A stretch of DNA of 64,000 nt from the UHGV virus genome UHGV-0086135. One strand, 5' to 3'. This DNA comes from a virus. The stretch's first letter is position 1. Every line of letters starts with the position of its first letter. This document shows, piece by piece, positions 18,108-27,361 of the stretch. The translations under genes and the position numbers were made by a program. The notes below the pieces were generated by a model. That model made no database searches, was not told the origin of the DNA, and saw only the letters and a list, made by a program, of their open reading frames with translations.

Positions 18108-18854
18108 ATGAAACTGTCTAAAAATCAAATTCGTAAAATTACACGTCGTCTAGAGCACACTCAGGCATCTGCTAAAAGACGTTCTAAAGATTTTAACTTA
18201 GACTTCAATTACATTAAGAACATTTTAGATCAGAAAGTTTGCGCTTACTCAGGAGAACCTTTTGATAATCGTATTGAAGGAGAGAAATTATCATTAGAAC
18301 GTTTTGATAATAACGTTGGATACATTAAAGGGAATGTTATTGCAGTAAAGAAAAAGTACAATACATTTCGTTCTGATTATACTTTAGAAGAGTTGATTGA
18401 AAAGCGTGATTTATTTGCTTTACGAATTGGTCGTTCATCTGCGAAAAAAGTTCATAAACTAAATTTAGATGAAAAGAAATGGGCTAAAATCAAAAAGACT
18501 TATAATCAAATTAAAGCTATACAGAAAAAACGTGAAAACCGAATTGAACACATTTCTCAGCTTTCTAAATCAAAACAAACCTCTGACATTAAGCTAACGA
18601 TTATAGCACTCAAAGCTCGTATTGATGGTTCTCGTATAGCAGAAGGCACTGAAGTTGTTAAATTGAACGTTCTTCTTAAAGGCTCTGATTGGAAAACTGT
18701 GAAAAAGTTGTCAGAAGCAGAAATGCAATATGATATGTGTGATAAAATTATTCAAGGTGTAGAGCGGTATCAAAACTTGTCTTTTATTGATAAACTTAAA
18801 CTGAAAAGAGGATACCCGCTAAATTGTTCAATTTTTAAACTTATCCGGGGATAA
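18108..18854 (+). CDS. srd: Srd-like protein (T4 srd position)
   Basis: 248 aa between mod genes and dda.1/dda as T4 srd; own early promoter; assignment by synteny. Confidence 0.5.
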   Translation: MKLSKNQIRKITRRLEHTQASAKRRSKDFNLDFNYIKNILDQKVCAYSGEPFDNRIEGEKLSLERFDNNVGYIKGNVIAVKKKYNTFRSDYTLEELIEKRDLFALRIGRSSAKKVHKLNLDEKKWAKIKKTYNQIKAIQKKRENRIEHISQLSKSKQTSDIKLTIIALKARIDGSRIAEGTEVVKLNVLLKGSDWKTVKKLSEAEMQYDMCDKIIQGVERYQNLSFIDKLKLKRGYPLNCSIFKLIRG

Positions 18855-18855
18855 T

Positions 18856-19167
18856 ATGTTTTATGTATATGCGATAGTTTATAGAGATAAAGATGGATTT
18901 GCAGTGCCTGTTCCGCTTGATGAACATCGTCCTGCTGTATTTTTTGAAAGGGAGATTGCTGATAAAGTATTTACCACTCTTAAAGAGCAGTATCGACTAG
19001 CTTTAGGTATGGGAATTCCGAGATTAGTTGAGACTCCACGCAAGTTTTGGTTTAATAAAATAGAAGTTAAACGCGTTAAGCCTGATGTAGACACACAAAG
19101 ATTATATCGGCGAATTTTAGATACTGGGCGTATTGTTAGTATACCAATTGCAGGGAATTTACGATGA
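18856..19167 (+). CDS. hypothetical protein (dda.1 position)
   Basis: 103 aa immediately upstream of dda with overlapping stop/start. Confidence 0.5.
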   Translation: MFYVYAIVYRDKDGFAVPVPLDEHRPAVFFEREIADKVFTTLKEQYRLALGMGIPRLVETPRKFWFNKIEVKRVKPDVDTQRLYRRILDTGRIVSIPIAGNLR

Positions 19168-20483
19168 CATTTGATGATTTGACTGAAGGTCAGAAAAATG
19201 CCTTTAACATCGTTATGAGGGCTATTAAAGAAAAGAAACATCATGTAACTATTAATGGACCTGCTGGTACTGGTAAGACTACTCTTACTAAGTTCATTAT
19301 TGAAGCCTTAATATCTACGGGCGAAACTGGCATTATTTTAGCAGCTCCTACTCACGCAGCTAAAAAGATTCTTTCAAAACTGTCAGGGAAAGAAGCGAGT
19401 ACTATTCACAGTATTCTTAAAATTAACCCGGTAACATACGAAGAAAACGTTCTTTTTGAACAAAAAGAAGTACCGGATTTGGCTAAATGCAGAGTATTAA
19501 TCTGCGATGAAGTATCAATGTATGATAGAAAGCTATTTAAAATTCTGCTTTCAACTATCCCGCCGTGGTGTACTATAATTGGAATAGGTGATAATAAGCA
19601 AATTAGACCCGTTGACCCAGGAGAAAACACTGCTTATATTAGTCCGTTCTTTACACATAAAGATTTTTATCAGTGTGAACTCACTGAAGTTAAACGCAGT
19701 AATGCTCCTATTATTGATGTAGCTACTGATGTTCGCAACGGTAAGTGGATTTATGATAAAGTTGTTGACGGGCATGGAGTACGTGGATTTACCGGTGATG
19801 CCGCTTTACGCGATTTTATGGTAAATTATTTTTCAATCGTAAAATCACTAGATGATTTGTTTGAAAATCGCGTCATGGCATTTACGAATAAATCTGTTGA
19901 TAAGTTAAATAACATTATTCGCAAAAAGATTTTTGAAACTGATAAAGATTTTATCGTCGGTGAAATTATTGTAATGCAGGAACCATTAATTAAAACATAT
20001 AAAATTGATGGAAAGCCTGTGTCAGAAATTATTTTTAATAACGGACAATTAGTTCGTATTATAGAAGCAGAGTATACATCAACATTTGTTAAAGCTCGTG
20101 GTGTTTCTGGAGAATATCTAATTCGTCATTGGGATTTAACAGTAGAAACTTACGGCGATGATGAATATTATCGTGAAAAGATTAAAATAATTTCATCTGA
20201 TGAAGAGCTGTATAAGTTTAACCTATTTTTAGGTAAAACGGCAGAAACGTATAAAAATTGGAATAAAGGTGGAAAAGCTCCGTGGAGTGATTTTTGGGAT
20301 GCTAAATCACAGTTTAGTAAAGTGAAAGCACTTCCTGCATCAACATTCCATAAAGCTCAGGGCATGTCTGTAGACCGTGCTTTCATTTATACGCCTTGTA
20401 TTCATTATGCAGACGCTGAACTAGCTCAGCAGCTTCTTTATGTTGGTGTTACTCGTGGTCGTTATGATGTGTTTTATGTGTGA
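19164..20483 (+). CDS. dda: DNA helicase Dda (SF1B)
   Basis: 439 aa as T4 Dda; Walker A GPAGTGKTT, Walker B ICDEVSM. Confidence 0.9.
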   Translation: MTFDDLTEGQKNAFNIVMRAIKEKKHHVTINGPAGTGKTTLTKFIIEALISTGETGIILAAPTHAAKKILSKLSGKEASTIHSILKINPVTYEENVLFEQKEVPDLAKCRVLICDEVSMYDRKLFKILLSTIPPWCTIIGIGDNKQIRPVDPGENTAYISPFFTHKDFYQCELTEVKRSNAPIIDVATDVRNGKWIYDKVVDGHGVRGFTGDAALRDFMVNYFSIVKSLDDLFENRVMAFTNKSVDKLNNIIRKKIFETDKDFIVGEIIVMQEPLIKTYKIDGKPVSEIIFNNGQLVRIIEAEYTSTFVKARGVSGEYLIRHWDLTVETYGDDEYYREKIKIISSDEELYKFNLFLGKTAETYKNWNKGGKAPWSDFWDAKSQFSKVKALPASTFHKAQGMSVDRAFIYTPCIHYADAELAQQLLYVGVTRGRYDVFYV

Positions 20484-20489
20484 GGATAT

Positions 20490-20750
20490 ATGATTAACAT
20501 CAATTCAAAATATTTAAATCGTCTAATAGATGGTATAAAGAAGCATACTGATAAGCAAGATAACCTCAGTGTTATGGTAACAGGAGCTGAGCTCCTTTAT
20601 AAACTTAATCTTATAAGTGATACTATACTAGCAATTAAACGAATTGAAAAACAATCATATCATAGTAATACAGACACGGTAATTACATTAGATGAAAGTG
20701 TCTGTAAATTACTAATTAAATTTGAGGAAGCTATTCGTGGAAATAACTAA
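20490..20750 (+). CDS. hypothetical protein (86 aa), first of three tandem small ORFs
   Basis: ATG with GAGGA SD. Confidence 0.45.
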   Translation: MININSKYLNRLIDGIKKHTDKQDNLSVMVTGAELLYKLNLISDTILAIKRIEKQSYHSNTDTVITLDESVCKLLIKFEEAIRGNN

Positions 20751-20982
20751 AGACCAGTTTTATCTGCTTCAAGATAAAGTGAGCGAAATTTATGAAATAG
20801 CTTATAGTAAAAATCGCAAAAACGTGAAAATTGAATCAGGCAAGTTAATGCTTCAATTGGAAGAAATTGAACGAGATTTGATTGCATTAGAATTCTTTTG
20901 CGGTGAAGTGAAAACTGTTACAATCAGTGATTATGTTTTAGGTGAAATTAGCCATCTTTATAAGGCGGTTATTAATGATTGA
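20737..20982 (+). CDS. hypothetical protein, paralogue 1
   Basis: Shares DQFYLL..LEEIERDL..ISDYVLGEI pattern with next ORF; start GTG 20737 (GAGGA SD) or TTG 20722. Confidence 0.4.
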   Translation: MEITKDQFYLLQDKVSEIYEIAYSKNRKNVKIESGKLMLQLEEIERDLIALEFFCGEVKTVTISDYVLGEISHLYKAVIND

Positions 20983-21217
20983 ATTAAGTTGGTACCAATT
21001 TAAATCTCTTATGGCAAACGTTAAAGCTGTCATTCAAGAAAATCCAGGACCTGATAATGTTACTATTCGTGAAAAAGCTTTAAAGATAGTATACAGTCTT
21101 GAAGAAATACAAAAAGATATTGAATCTATGGCAAAATTTATTGATGAGCCCATTAATAAAGTTTATATCCAAGATTATACTGTAGGTCAAATTCGCGATT
21201 TAGCGAGGAAAATTTAA
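20975..21217 (+). CDS. hypothetical protein, paralogue 2
   Basis: YQFKSL..LEEIQKDI..IQDYTVGQI pattern; ATG 20975 overlaps upstream stop. Confidence 0.4.
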   Translation: MIELSWYQFKSLMANVKAVIQENPGPDNVTIREKALKIVYSLEEIQKDIESMAKFIDEPINKVYIQDYTVGQIRDLARKI

Positions 21218-21900
21218 TGTTTGATTTTATTATAGATTTTGAAACAATGGGAAGCGGTGAAAAAGCAGCTGTTATTGACTTAGCTGTTATTGCCTTTGAC
21301 CCTAATCCAGAAGTAGTTGAAACATTTGATGAATTAGTTTCACGCGGCATTAAAATCAAGTTTGATTTAAAAAGCCAAAAAGGACATCGTCTTTTTACTA
21401 AAAGCACTATCGAATGGTGGAAAAATCAATCTCCTGAAGCTCGAAAAAATATTGCACCATCAGATGAAGATGTAAGCACTATCGACGGTATTGCAAAATT
21501 TAATGATTACATCAATGCACATAACATCGATCCTTGGAAATCTCAAGGCTGGTGCCGTGGAATGTCGTTTGATTTTCCTATTTTAGTTGATCTCATTCGT
21601 GATATTCAACGTCTTAACGGCGTTTCTGAGAATGAACTTGACACATTTAAGTTAGAACCTTGTAAATTCTGGAATCAGCGTGATATTCGTACCAGAATTG
21701 AAGCACTTCTGCTTGTTCGTGATATGACTACATGTCCTCTTCCAAAGGGAACTTTAGATGGATTCGTTGCACATGATTCTATTCATGACTGTGCGAAAGA
21801 CATCCTGATGATGAAGTATGCTTTGCGGTATGCTATGGGTCTTGAAGATGCTCCGTCAGAGGAAGAGTGCGATCCTCTGTCTCTTCCAACAAAACGATAA
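21217..21900 (+). CDS. dexA: exonuclease A DexA (DEDD 3'-5' exonuclease)
   Basis: 227 aa as T4 DexA; N-terminal FIIDFET DEDD motif. Confidence 0.85.
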   Translation: MFDFIIDFETMGSGEKAAVIDLAVIAFDPNPEVVETFDELVSRGIKIKFDLKSQKGHRLFTKSTIEWWKNQSPEARKNIAPSDEDVSTIDGIAKFNDYINAHNIDPWKSQGWCRGMSFDFPILVDLIRDIQRLNGVSENELDTFKLEPCKFWNQRDIRTRIEALLLVRDMTTCPLPKGTLDGFVAHDSIHDCAKDILMMKYALRYAMGLEDAPSEEECDPLSLPTKR

Positions 21901-21906
21901 AAAGTT

Positions 21907-21936
21907 GTTTACTTCCTCGGTTAGTTGTGGTATTAT
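21907..21936 (+). promoter_or_regulatory. early promoter
   Basis: -35 GTTTAC, 18 nt, TGGTATTAT. Confidence 0.6.
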
Positions 21937-21963
21937 AACACCATAGCTACTGAGGATAATAAA

Positions 21964-22476
21964 ATGAAAATTTATCGTGTTGAATCATCGTTTAGCGCAT
22001 TAAATGATGATAGTGGTATAGTGAAAATTAGGCAAGAGTTATGCGTTCAATCAACTCCTTATCGTGGATTTGATTCTATGAAAACTCGAACTTGGCTAAA
22101 ATTTTGCGGTATTAATTCATCGTCATTTCATCATCATAGCAATGATTATGAAAGCCATGAAAGTATTCCTATTCCACATGATGATAAGTTATTAGTTGAA
22201 AATGCTAATGATGCTATTAAAACTAAATGGAATAAAGATTATTCGCAATTTGAAAATTATATTCCATTGTGGCTTATTTCATTATATCATTTTGCTTTCG
22301 CTAGTGAATATGATATGATGAGATGGTTCACCCGAGAAGAGCGTGAAGACTTAAAAGATCGTGGAATGTACATTGCGATTTATGAAGTTCCTGAAGATGA
22401 AGTTATCATTGGCGGACACCAAGTAATGTTCCGTAAATCCCATGCTGAACTTGTAGATTTTATTGAAATGAGATAA
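21964..22476 (+). CDS. hypothetical protein (170 aa)
   Basis: ATG 21964 with GAGGA SD; ORF-track start lies inside the early promoter. Confidence 0.5.
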   Translation: MKIYRVESSFSALNDDSGIVKIRQELCVQSTPYRGFDSMKTRTWLKFCGINSSSFHHHSNDYESHESIPIPHDDKLLVENANDAIKTKWNKDYSQFENYIPLWLISLYHFAFASEYDMMRWFTREEREDLKDRGMYIAIYEVPEDEVIIGGHQVMFRKSHAELVDFIEMR

Positions 22477-22478
22477 TT

Positions 22479-23021
22479 ATGAAATTTAATTATAATCCTG
22501 AATACACACCGAATCCTGTAGATAAACCGTTTGATATGGATATAGCAAGCATGTACGGCACTCTTGTTAAACCATTAGAAATTAAGGAAACCTTTATGAC
22601 TGCTCGGACCATTGAAATTGACAAAATCTACAAACTGGTTGAAACTGAAATTAAAACTACTGAACTAGATTTGGGTTATAAAGCATTGACCAGTGTTTTT
22701 GGTGAAGGCGAGTTTGTGGTTAAAAGTTTTTCAAAAAGTAATTGGCATGATAAGAATAAAGCTTACGTGATTCGAGCACAACGCTTAGATAATGATGAAG
22801 TAATTAAAACTATAGTCTTTGAAGCAGAGATTATCCTCTTCAAAGAAGTTGATCCTACTGACCTTTTGACTCGTGCAGTAGCTATCAAGACTCCATTTAT
22901 TTCGGTCTGTGGTTGGGTAACAGACCAGTGGATTGAAGATGGTGTTGAACTCCTGAACGTTGTTCATGCAGGTGATTTTAGCGTAGTACCTCGTAGTGCA
23001 GTAGTAGCTATTTTGAATTAA
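22479..23021 (+). CDS. hypothetical protein with MotB-like C-terminal domain
   Basis: C-terminus VCGWVTDQWIEDGVELLNVV parallels MCAYITDQWVEDGVKLYNVV of the next ORF. Confidence 0.5.
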   Translation: MKFNYNPEYTPNPVDKPFDMDIASMYGTLVKPLEIKETFMTARTIEIDKIYKLVETEIKTTELDLGYKALTSVFGEGEFVVKSFSKSNWHDKNKAYVIRAQRLDNDEVIKTIVFEAEIILFKEVDPTDLLTRAVAIKTPFISVCGWVTDQWIEDGVELLNVVHAGDFSVVPRSAVVAILN

Positions 23022-23023
23022 TA

Positions 23024-23053
23024 GTTTACAAACTCTTGGGACCAGAGTATAAT
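23024..23053 (+). promoter_or_regulatory. early promoter upstream of motB
   Basis: -35 GTTTACA, 18 nt, TATAAT. Confidence 0.6.
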
Positions 23054-23097
23054 GGTCCTGTGGAGTATAAAATCTTTTTAACAAGTGAGAGATAACT

Positions 23098-23586
23098 ATG
23101 ATTATTAATATTGGTGAAATTGCTCGTGTATCTGATAAATCCCGTTCTAAAGCAGCAGGAAAATTGGTTGAAATTGTAAGCATTCAGCTTAAACACAGTG
23201 TTAAAGATGAAGATTCTGAAGTAAAAGTGCGTATCATTCCTAAAGATGGAAAGTCTAAACCCCAGTTTGGCTATGTTCGTGCGAAATTTCTTGAGTCTGC
23301 GTTTTTGAAAGCTGTTCCTGCTAAAGGAATTGAAACGATTGATACTTCGCATGTAGGCGTAGACTTTAAGTGGAAACTCGGTCAGGCTATTAAGTTCATT
23401 GCTCCCTGTGAATTTAAATTTATCAAAGATGATGGTGTGGCTGTTTATACTCGTGCTATGTGCGCATACATTACCGATCAGTGGGTAGAAGACGGTGTTA
23501 AGCTGTATAATGTGGTATTTTTAGGAACATACAAAGTCATTCCTGAAAGCTGGATTAAACATTACAGCAAAGCTCTCTATGCATAA
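23098..23586 (+). CDS. motB: MotB-like protein
   Basis: 162 aa; position after dexA as T4 motB; own early promoter; assignment by synteny and size. Confidence 0.5.
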   Translation: MIINIGEIARVSDKSRSKAAGKLVEIVSIQLKHSVKDEDSEVKVRIIPKDGKSKPQFGYVRAKFLESAFLKAVPAKGIETIDTSHVGVDFKWKLGQAIKFIAPCEFKFIKDDGVAVYTRAMCAYITDQWVEDGVKLYNVVFLGTYKVIPESWIKHYSKALYA

Positions 23587-23611
23587 AGTTTAAAATTTTT
23601 TCATAAAACTA

Positions 23612-23640
23612 TATACATCAGTAGTTGATTATGGTACTAT
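23612..23640 (+). promoter_or_regulatory. degenerate cassette promoter copy
   Basis: TATACA, 17 nt, TGGTACTAT; downstream leader resembles the 4.3 kb and 31.6 kb copies. Confidence 0.35.
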
Positions 23641-23758
23641 ATCAATATCAACTACTGATACAGAAAATAACTTGGAGAATAAAATGGAAAATTTGCCAAA
23701 GGTGCTGCCACTCTTCTGAAACGCATCGCTCCAATGTTCAATTAACGAGGAAATTGTA

Positions 23759-23974
23759 ATGAAACGTAAAATTGTTCAGAACTGCACTAATGACGAATTT
23801 GAAGATGTGTTATTCGATCCAGATTTGGTAGTAGTTCAAAAGGAACACACTGCTAAGTTTACTCACTTGACTTCGGTTTATGTGTATGAAAAGGTTGGGG
23901 ATAAACAACCAATTTACGGTGTATTTCGTGAAATCACTGAAGACGGTACAACTTACTGGAAGGAAATTTATTAA
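23759..23974 (+). CDS. hypothetical protein (cef position)
   Basis: 71 aa, position matches T4 cef; not verifiable from sequence. Confidence 0.4.
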   Translation: MKRKIVQNCTNDEFEDVLFDPDLVVVQKEHTAKFTHLTSVYVYEKVGDKQPIYGVFREITEDGTTYWKEIY

Positions 23975-24387
23975 TGGCTATTAAATTTGAAGTTAATAAA
24001 TGGTATCAATTTAAAAATAAACAAGCTCAAGAAAATTTTATTAAAGACCATACTGATAACGGAATCTATGCACGCCGTTTAGGTATGCATCCTTTTAAAA
24101 TTTTAGATGTGGATGCTCTTGGGCGTCCTATTAAAATTATGTCATTTGCTGGAAATTTGGTACTATCTTCTGGTAAAGATATTTTGGATGAAGATTTTAT
24201 TTGGCTTTCATCGAATGAAGCTGAATTCTTTAATGAAGTTGAAAATCCATACCAGGCAGCTGAAGAGCAGGAAGAATCTGCAACAATAACTGATCCATCT
24301 AAATTCCCGGTCATGAACGTTACTATTGAAAATAATGAACAGGCATGGTCTTTGTATCAGATGTTGAAAGCTCACTTTAAGGAATAA
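23974..24387 (+). CDS. hypothetical protein (goF position)
   Basis: 137 aa; synteny with T4 goF region only. Confidence 0.4.
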   Translation: MAIKFEVNKWYQFKNKQAQENFIKDHTDNGIYARRLGMHPFKILDVDALGRPIKIMSFAGNLVLSSGKDILDEDFIWLSSNEAEFFNEVENPYQAAEEQEESATITDPSKFPVMNVTIENNEQAWSLYQMLKAHFKE

Positions 24388-24389
24388 TT

Positions 24390-24566
24390 ATGCCGCTTTA
24401 TGATTATAAATGTCAATTCAAAGACTGTGCAAAAGAATACGAAAAAATCAAGAAAATTTCTGAAAGGGATACTGATGTATGTCCTGATTGTCATCGGATT
24501 GCTATTCGGTTAGTTTCCGCTCCTAAGCATGTGAATGGTGGTTTTTACGACTTACTTAAAGGGTAA
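24390..24566 (+). CDS. zinc-ribbon protein (FmdB-like CxxC...CxxC), 58 aa
   Basis: MPLYDYKCQFKDC...CPDCH pattern typical of FmdB-type zinc ribbons; not in ORF track (under 60 aa). Confidence 0.45.
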   Translation: MPLYDYKCQFKDCAKEYEKIKKISERDTDVCPDCHRIAIRLVSAPKHVNGGFYDLLKG

Positions 24567-24568
24567 TT

Positions 24569-24940
24569 ATGTTTAAAATTGGTAAGAAATATCGCATTCG
24601 CGAAGGTGAAGAAAAGAAATATCTATTTTCTGCTATTTATAGGAATGGTTCTATTAATGCCGTAATATCTACAAGCGAATTTATCGTTGAAGATATGAAA
24701 GGTAATAATGTTACAATGATTAGTACAGCATCTGGAAATGATGGAAAAATTCTTCACAGTTTTCAGAGTAATGTTCTAATATATGATGAAGAATTTGACC
24801 TATTCGAAGAAGTCCCCGAAGGTTTTGATTTTGAATGCACTATCACTATGAAATCTGGTGACCCTCTTTCATTTACAGTTAAAGATGAAAGAAGTCGCTT
24901 GAGAATTATTAGTCTCCTTCAAGCCATTAAATTTAAGTGA
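24569..24940 (+). CDS. hypothetical protein (123 aa)
   Basis: ORF directly upstream of lipoprotein and gene 39. Confidence 0.5.
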   Translation: MFKIGKKYRIREGEEKKYLFSAIYRNGSINAVISTSEFIVEDMKGNNVTMISTASGNDGKILHSFQSNVLIYDEEFDLFEEVPEGFDFECTITMKSGDPLSFTVKDERSRLRIISLLQAIKFK

Positions 24941-24945
24941 AAACT

Positions 24946-25206
24946 ATGAAATATATTAATCGTTCTATCGCAGCATTAGTATTAGCAGTGTCTTTAGCAG
25001 GATGTACTGATGCTGATAATGCAACCAAAGTTTTATCTTCAAGCGGTTTTACTAATATTGAAATCACTGGATACAACTGGTTCGGTTGCTCTGAAAATGA
25101 TTTCCAACATACTGGATTTCGTGCTATTGGACCTACTGGGCAGAAAGTAGAAGGAACTGTATGTTCTGGTCTATTCTTCAAGGATTCGACTATCCGTTTT
25201 AAATAA
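24946..25206 (+). CDS. putative lipoprotein (86 aa)
   Basis: Signal peptide plus lipobox LAGC; ATG 24946 (ORF-track start is GTG). Confidence 0.5.
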   Translation: MKYINRSIAALVLAVSLAGCTDADNATKVLSSSGFTNIEITGYNWFGCSENDFQHTGFRAIGPTGQKVEGTVCSGLFFKDSTIRFK

Positions 25207-25208
25207 AA

Positions 25209-25223
25209 GGCCTTCGGGCCTTT
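25209..25223 (+). terminator. hairpin terminator upstream of gene 39
   Basis: GGCC-UUCG-GGCC hairpin plus UUU. Confidence 0.45.
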
Positions 25224-25248
25224 AGCTTTATGATTACCGGAGTATAAT
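25224..25248 (+). promoter_or_regulatory. putative middle promoter for gene 39
   Basis: AGCTTTA (one mismatch to MotA box), 12 nt spacer, TATAAT. Confidence 0.4.
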
Positions 25249-25275
25249 ATTCCCGAAACCAAACGAGGATAAGTG

Positions 25276-27093
25276 ATGATTAAGAATGAAATTAAAATTC
25301 TGAGCGATATTGAACATATCAAAAAGCGTAGCGGCATGTACATTGGCTCTTCCGCTAATGAAATGCATGAGCGCTTTCTGTTTGGTAAATGGGAAAGTGT
25401 TCAGTATGTACCTGGTCTTGTTAAGCTTATTGATGAAATTATCGATAACTCGGTAGATGAAGGTATTCGTACTAAGTTTAAATTCGCGAATAAAATTAAT
25501 GTTACTATCAAAAACAATCAAGTAACAGTTGAAGATAACGGTCGTGGTATTCCACAAGCGATGGTTAAAACACCTACTGGTGAAGAAATTCCTGGTCCTG
25601 TTGCTGCCTGGACTATTCCAAAAGCAGGTGGTAACTTCGGTGATGATAAAGAACGCGTCACTGGCGGTATGAACGGTGTTGGTTCTAGTTTAACTAACAT
25701 TTTTTCTGTTATGTTTGTCGGTGAAACTGGCGACGGTCAAAATAATATTGTAGTTCGTTGTTCAAATGGCATGGAAAATAAATCATGGGAAGATATTCCC
25801 GGAAAATGGAAAGGAACTCGTGTTACTTTCATTCCTGATTTTATGTCATTTGAAACTAATGAGCTATCTCAAGTTTATCTTGACATTACACTGGATCGTC
25901 TCCAGACACTTGCAGTAGTTTATCCTGATATTCAATTTACCTTTAATGGTAAAAAGGTTCAGGGCAATTTTAAGAAATATGCACGCCAATATGATGAGCA
26001 TGCTATTGTTCAAGAACAAGAAAATTGTTCTATTGCGGTTGGTCGTTCACCGGATGGTTTTCGTCAATTAACATACGTCAATAACATTCATACTAAGAAT
26101 GGTGGCCATCATATTGACTGTGTTATGGATGATATTTGTGAAGACCTTATTCCACAAATCAAACGCAAGTTCAAAATTGATGTAACTAAAGCACGTGTTA
26201 AAGAATGTTTGACTATCGTCATGTTTGTTCGTGATATGAAAAACATGCGATTTGATTCTCAGACTAAAGAGCGTTTGACTTCTCCATTTGGTGAAATTCG
26301 TAGTCATATTCAGCTTGATGCTAAAAAGATTTCACGTGCTATTTTAAATAATGAAGCAATTTTAATGCCAATTATTGAAGCTGCTTTGGCTCGTAAATTG
26401 GCTGCAGAAAAGGCAGCAGAAACTAAAGCAGCTAAAAAGGCTTCTAAAGCTAAGGTTCATAAACATATTAAAGCGAATCTTTGTGGTAAAGATGCTGACA
26501 CTACTCTTTTCTTGACTGAGGGTGATTCGGCTATCGGATATCTTATTGATGTTCGTGATAAAGAACTTCATGGTGGTTATCCATTACGCGGTAAAGTTCT
26601 TAACAGCTGGGGTATGTCTTATGCTGATATGCTTAAAAACAAAGAACTGTTTGATATTTGCGCAATCACTGGATTAGTTCTTGGTGAAAAGGCTGAAAAC
26701 TTGAATTATCATAATATTGCAATTATGACCGATGCCGACCATGATGGTCTAGGAAGCATTTATCCTTCTCTGCTCGGATTTTTTAGTAATTGGCCAGAAC
26801 TGTTTGAACAAGGAAGAATTCGTTTTGTCAAAACTCCTGTAATCATCGCTCAGGTCGGTAAAAAACAAGAATGGTTTTATACAGTCGCTGAATATGAGAG
26901 TGCCAAAGATGCTCTACCTAAACATAGCATCCGTTATATTAAGGGACTTGGCTCTTTAGAAAAATCTGAATATCGTGAGATGATTCAAAACCCAGTATAT
27001 GATGTTGTTAAACTTCCTGAGAACTGGAAAGAGCTTTTTGAAATGCTCATGGGAGATAATGCTGACCTTCGTAAAGAATGGATGAGCCAGTAG
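25276..27093 (+). CDS. 39: DNA topoisomerase II large subunit gp39 (GyrB-like ATPase plus toprim), unsplit form
   Basis: 605 aa; GHKL N-terminus, toprim EGDSA, DxD IMTDADHDG; C-terminal part corresponds to T4 gp60 so no separate gene 60. Confidence 0.9.
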   Translation: MIKNEIKILSDIEHIKKRSGMYIGSSANEMHERFLFGKWESVQYVPGLVKLIDEIIDNSVDEGIRTKFKFANKINVTIKNNQVTVEDNGRGIPQAMVKTPTGEEIPGPVAAWTIPKAGGNFGDDKERVTGGMNGVGSSLTNIFSVMFVGETGDGQNNIVVRCSNGMENKSWEDIPGKWKGTRVTFIPDFMSFETNELSQVYLDITLDRLQTLAVVYPDIQFTFNGKKVQGNFKKYARQYDEHAIVQEQENCSIAVGRSPDGFRQLTYVNNIHTKNGGHHIDCVMDDICEDLIPQIKRKFKIDVTKARVKECLTIVMFVRDMKNMRFDSQTKERLTSPFGEIRSHIQLDAKKISRAILNNEAILMPIIEAALARKLAAEKAAETKAAKKASKAKVHKHIKANLCGKDADTTLFLTEGDSAIGYLIDVRDKELHGGYPLRGKVLNSWGMSYADMLKNKELFDICAITGLVLGEKAENLNYHNIAIMTDADHDGLGSIYPSLLGFFSNWPELFEQGRIRFVKTPVIIAQVGKKQEWFYTVAEYESAKDALPKHSIRYIKGLGSLEKSEYREMIQNPVYDVVKLPENWKELFEMLMGDNADLRKEWMSQ

Positions 27094-27122
27094 TTTACTT
27101 TACCACAAGGATGTGGTATAAT
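27094..27122 (+). promoter_or_regulatory. early promoter
   Basis: -35 GTTTAC, 17 nt, TGGTATAAT. Confidence 0.65.
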
Positions 27123-27147
27123 TAATTGGGCAAATGAGGATATTGAA

Positions 27148-27351
27148 ATGAAATCATATAAAGTAAATTTAGAACTTTTTGATAAAGCAGTTCATCGAGA
27201 ATATAGAATCATTCAACGCTTTTTCGATATGGGAGAAGCCGAAGAGTTTAAAAACCGCTTTAAGGATATTAGAGATAAAATTCAATCCGACACCGCAACT
27301 AAAGATGAACTACTAGAAGTTGCTGAAGTTATTAAACGCAATATGAATTAA
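27148..27351 (+). CDS. hypothetical protein (67 aa)
   Basis: ORF with GAGGA SD behind its own early promoter. Confidence 0.45.
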   Translation: MKSYKVNLELFDKAVHREYRIIQRFFDMGEAEEFKNRFKDIRDKIQSDTATKDELLEVAEVIKRNMN

Positions 27352-27361
27352 TGAGGAAATT

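Noticed and set aside
24933-25557. Minus-strand ORFs 24933..25343 and 25234..25557 overlapping the lipoprotein gene and the gene 39 start
   Set aside because: Antisense to a promoter/terminator region and to the highly conserved gp39 N-terminus; no SD.
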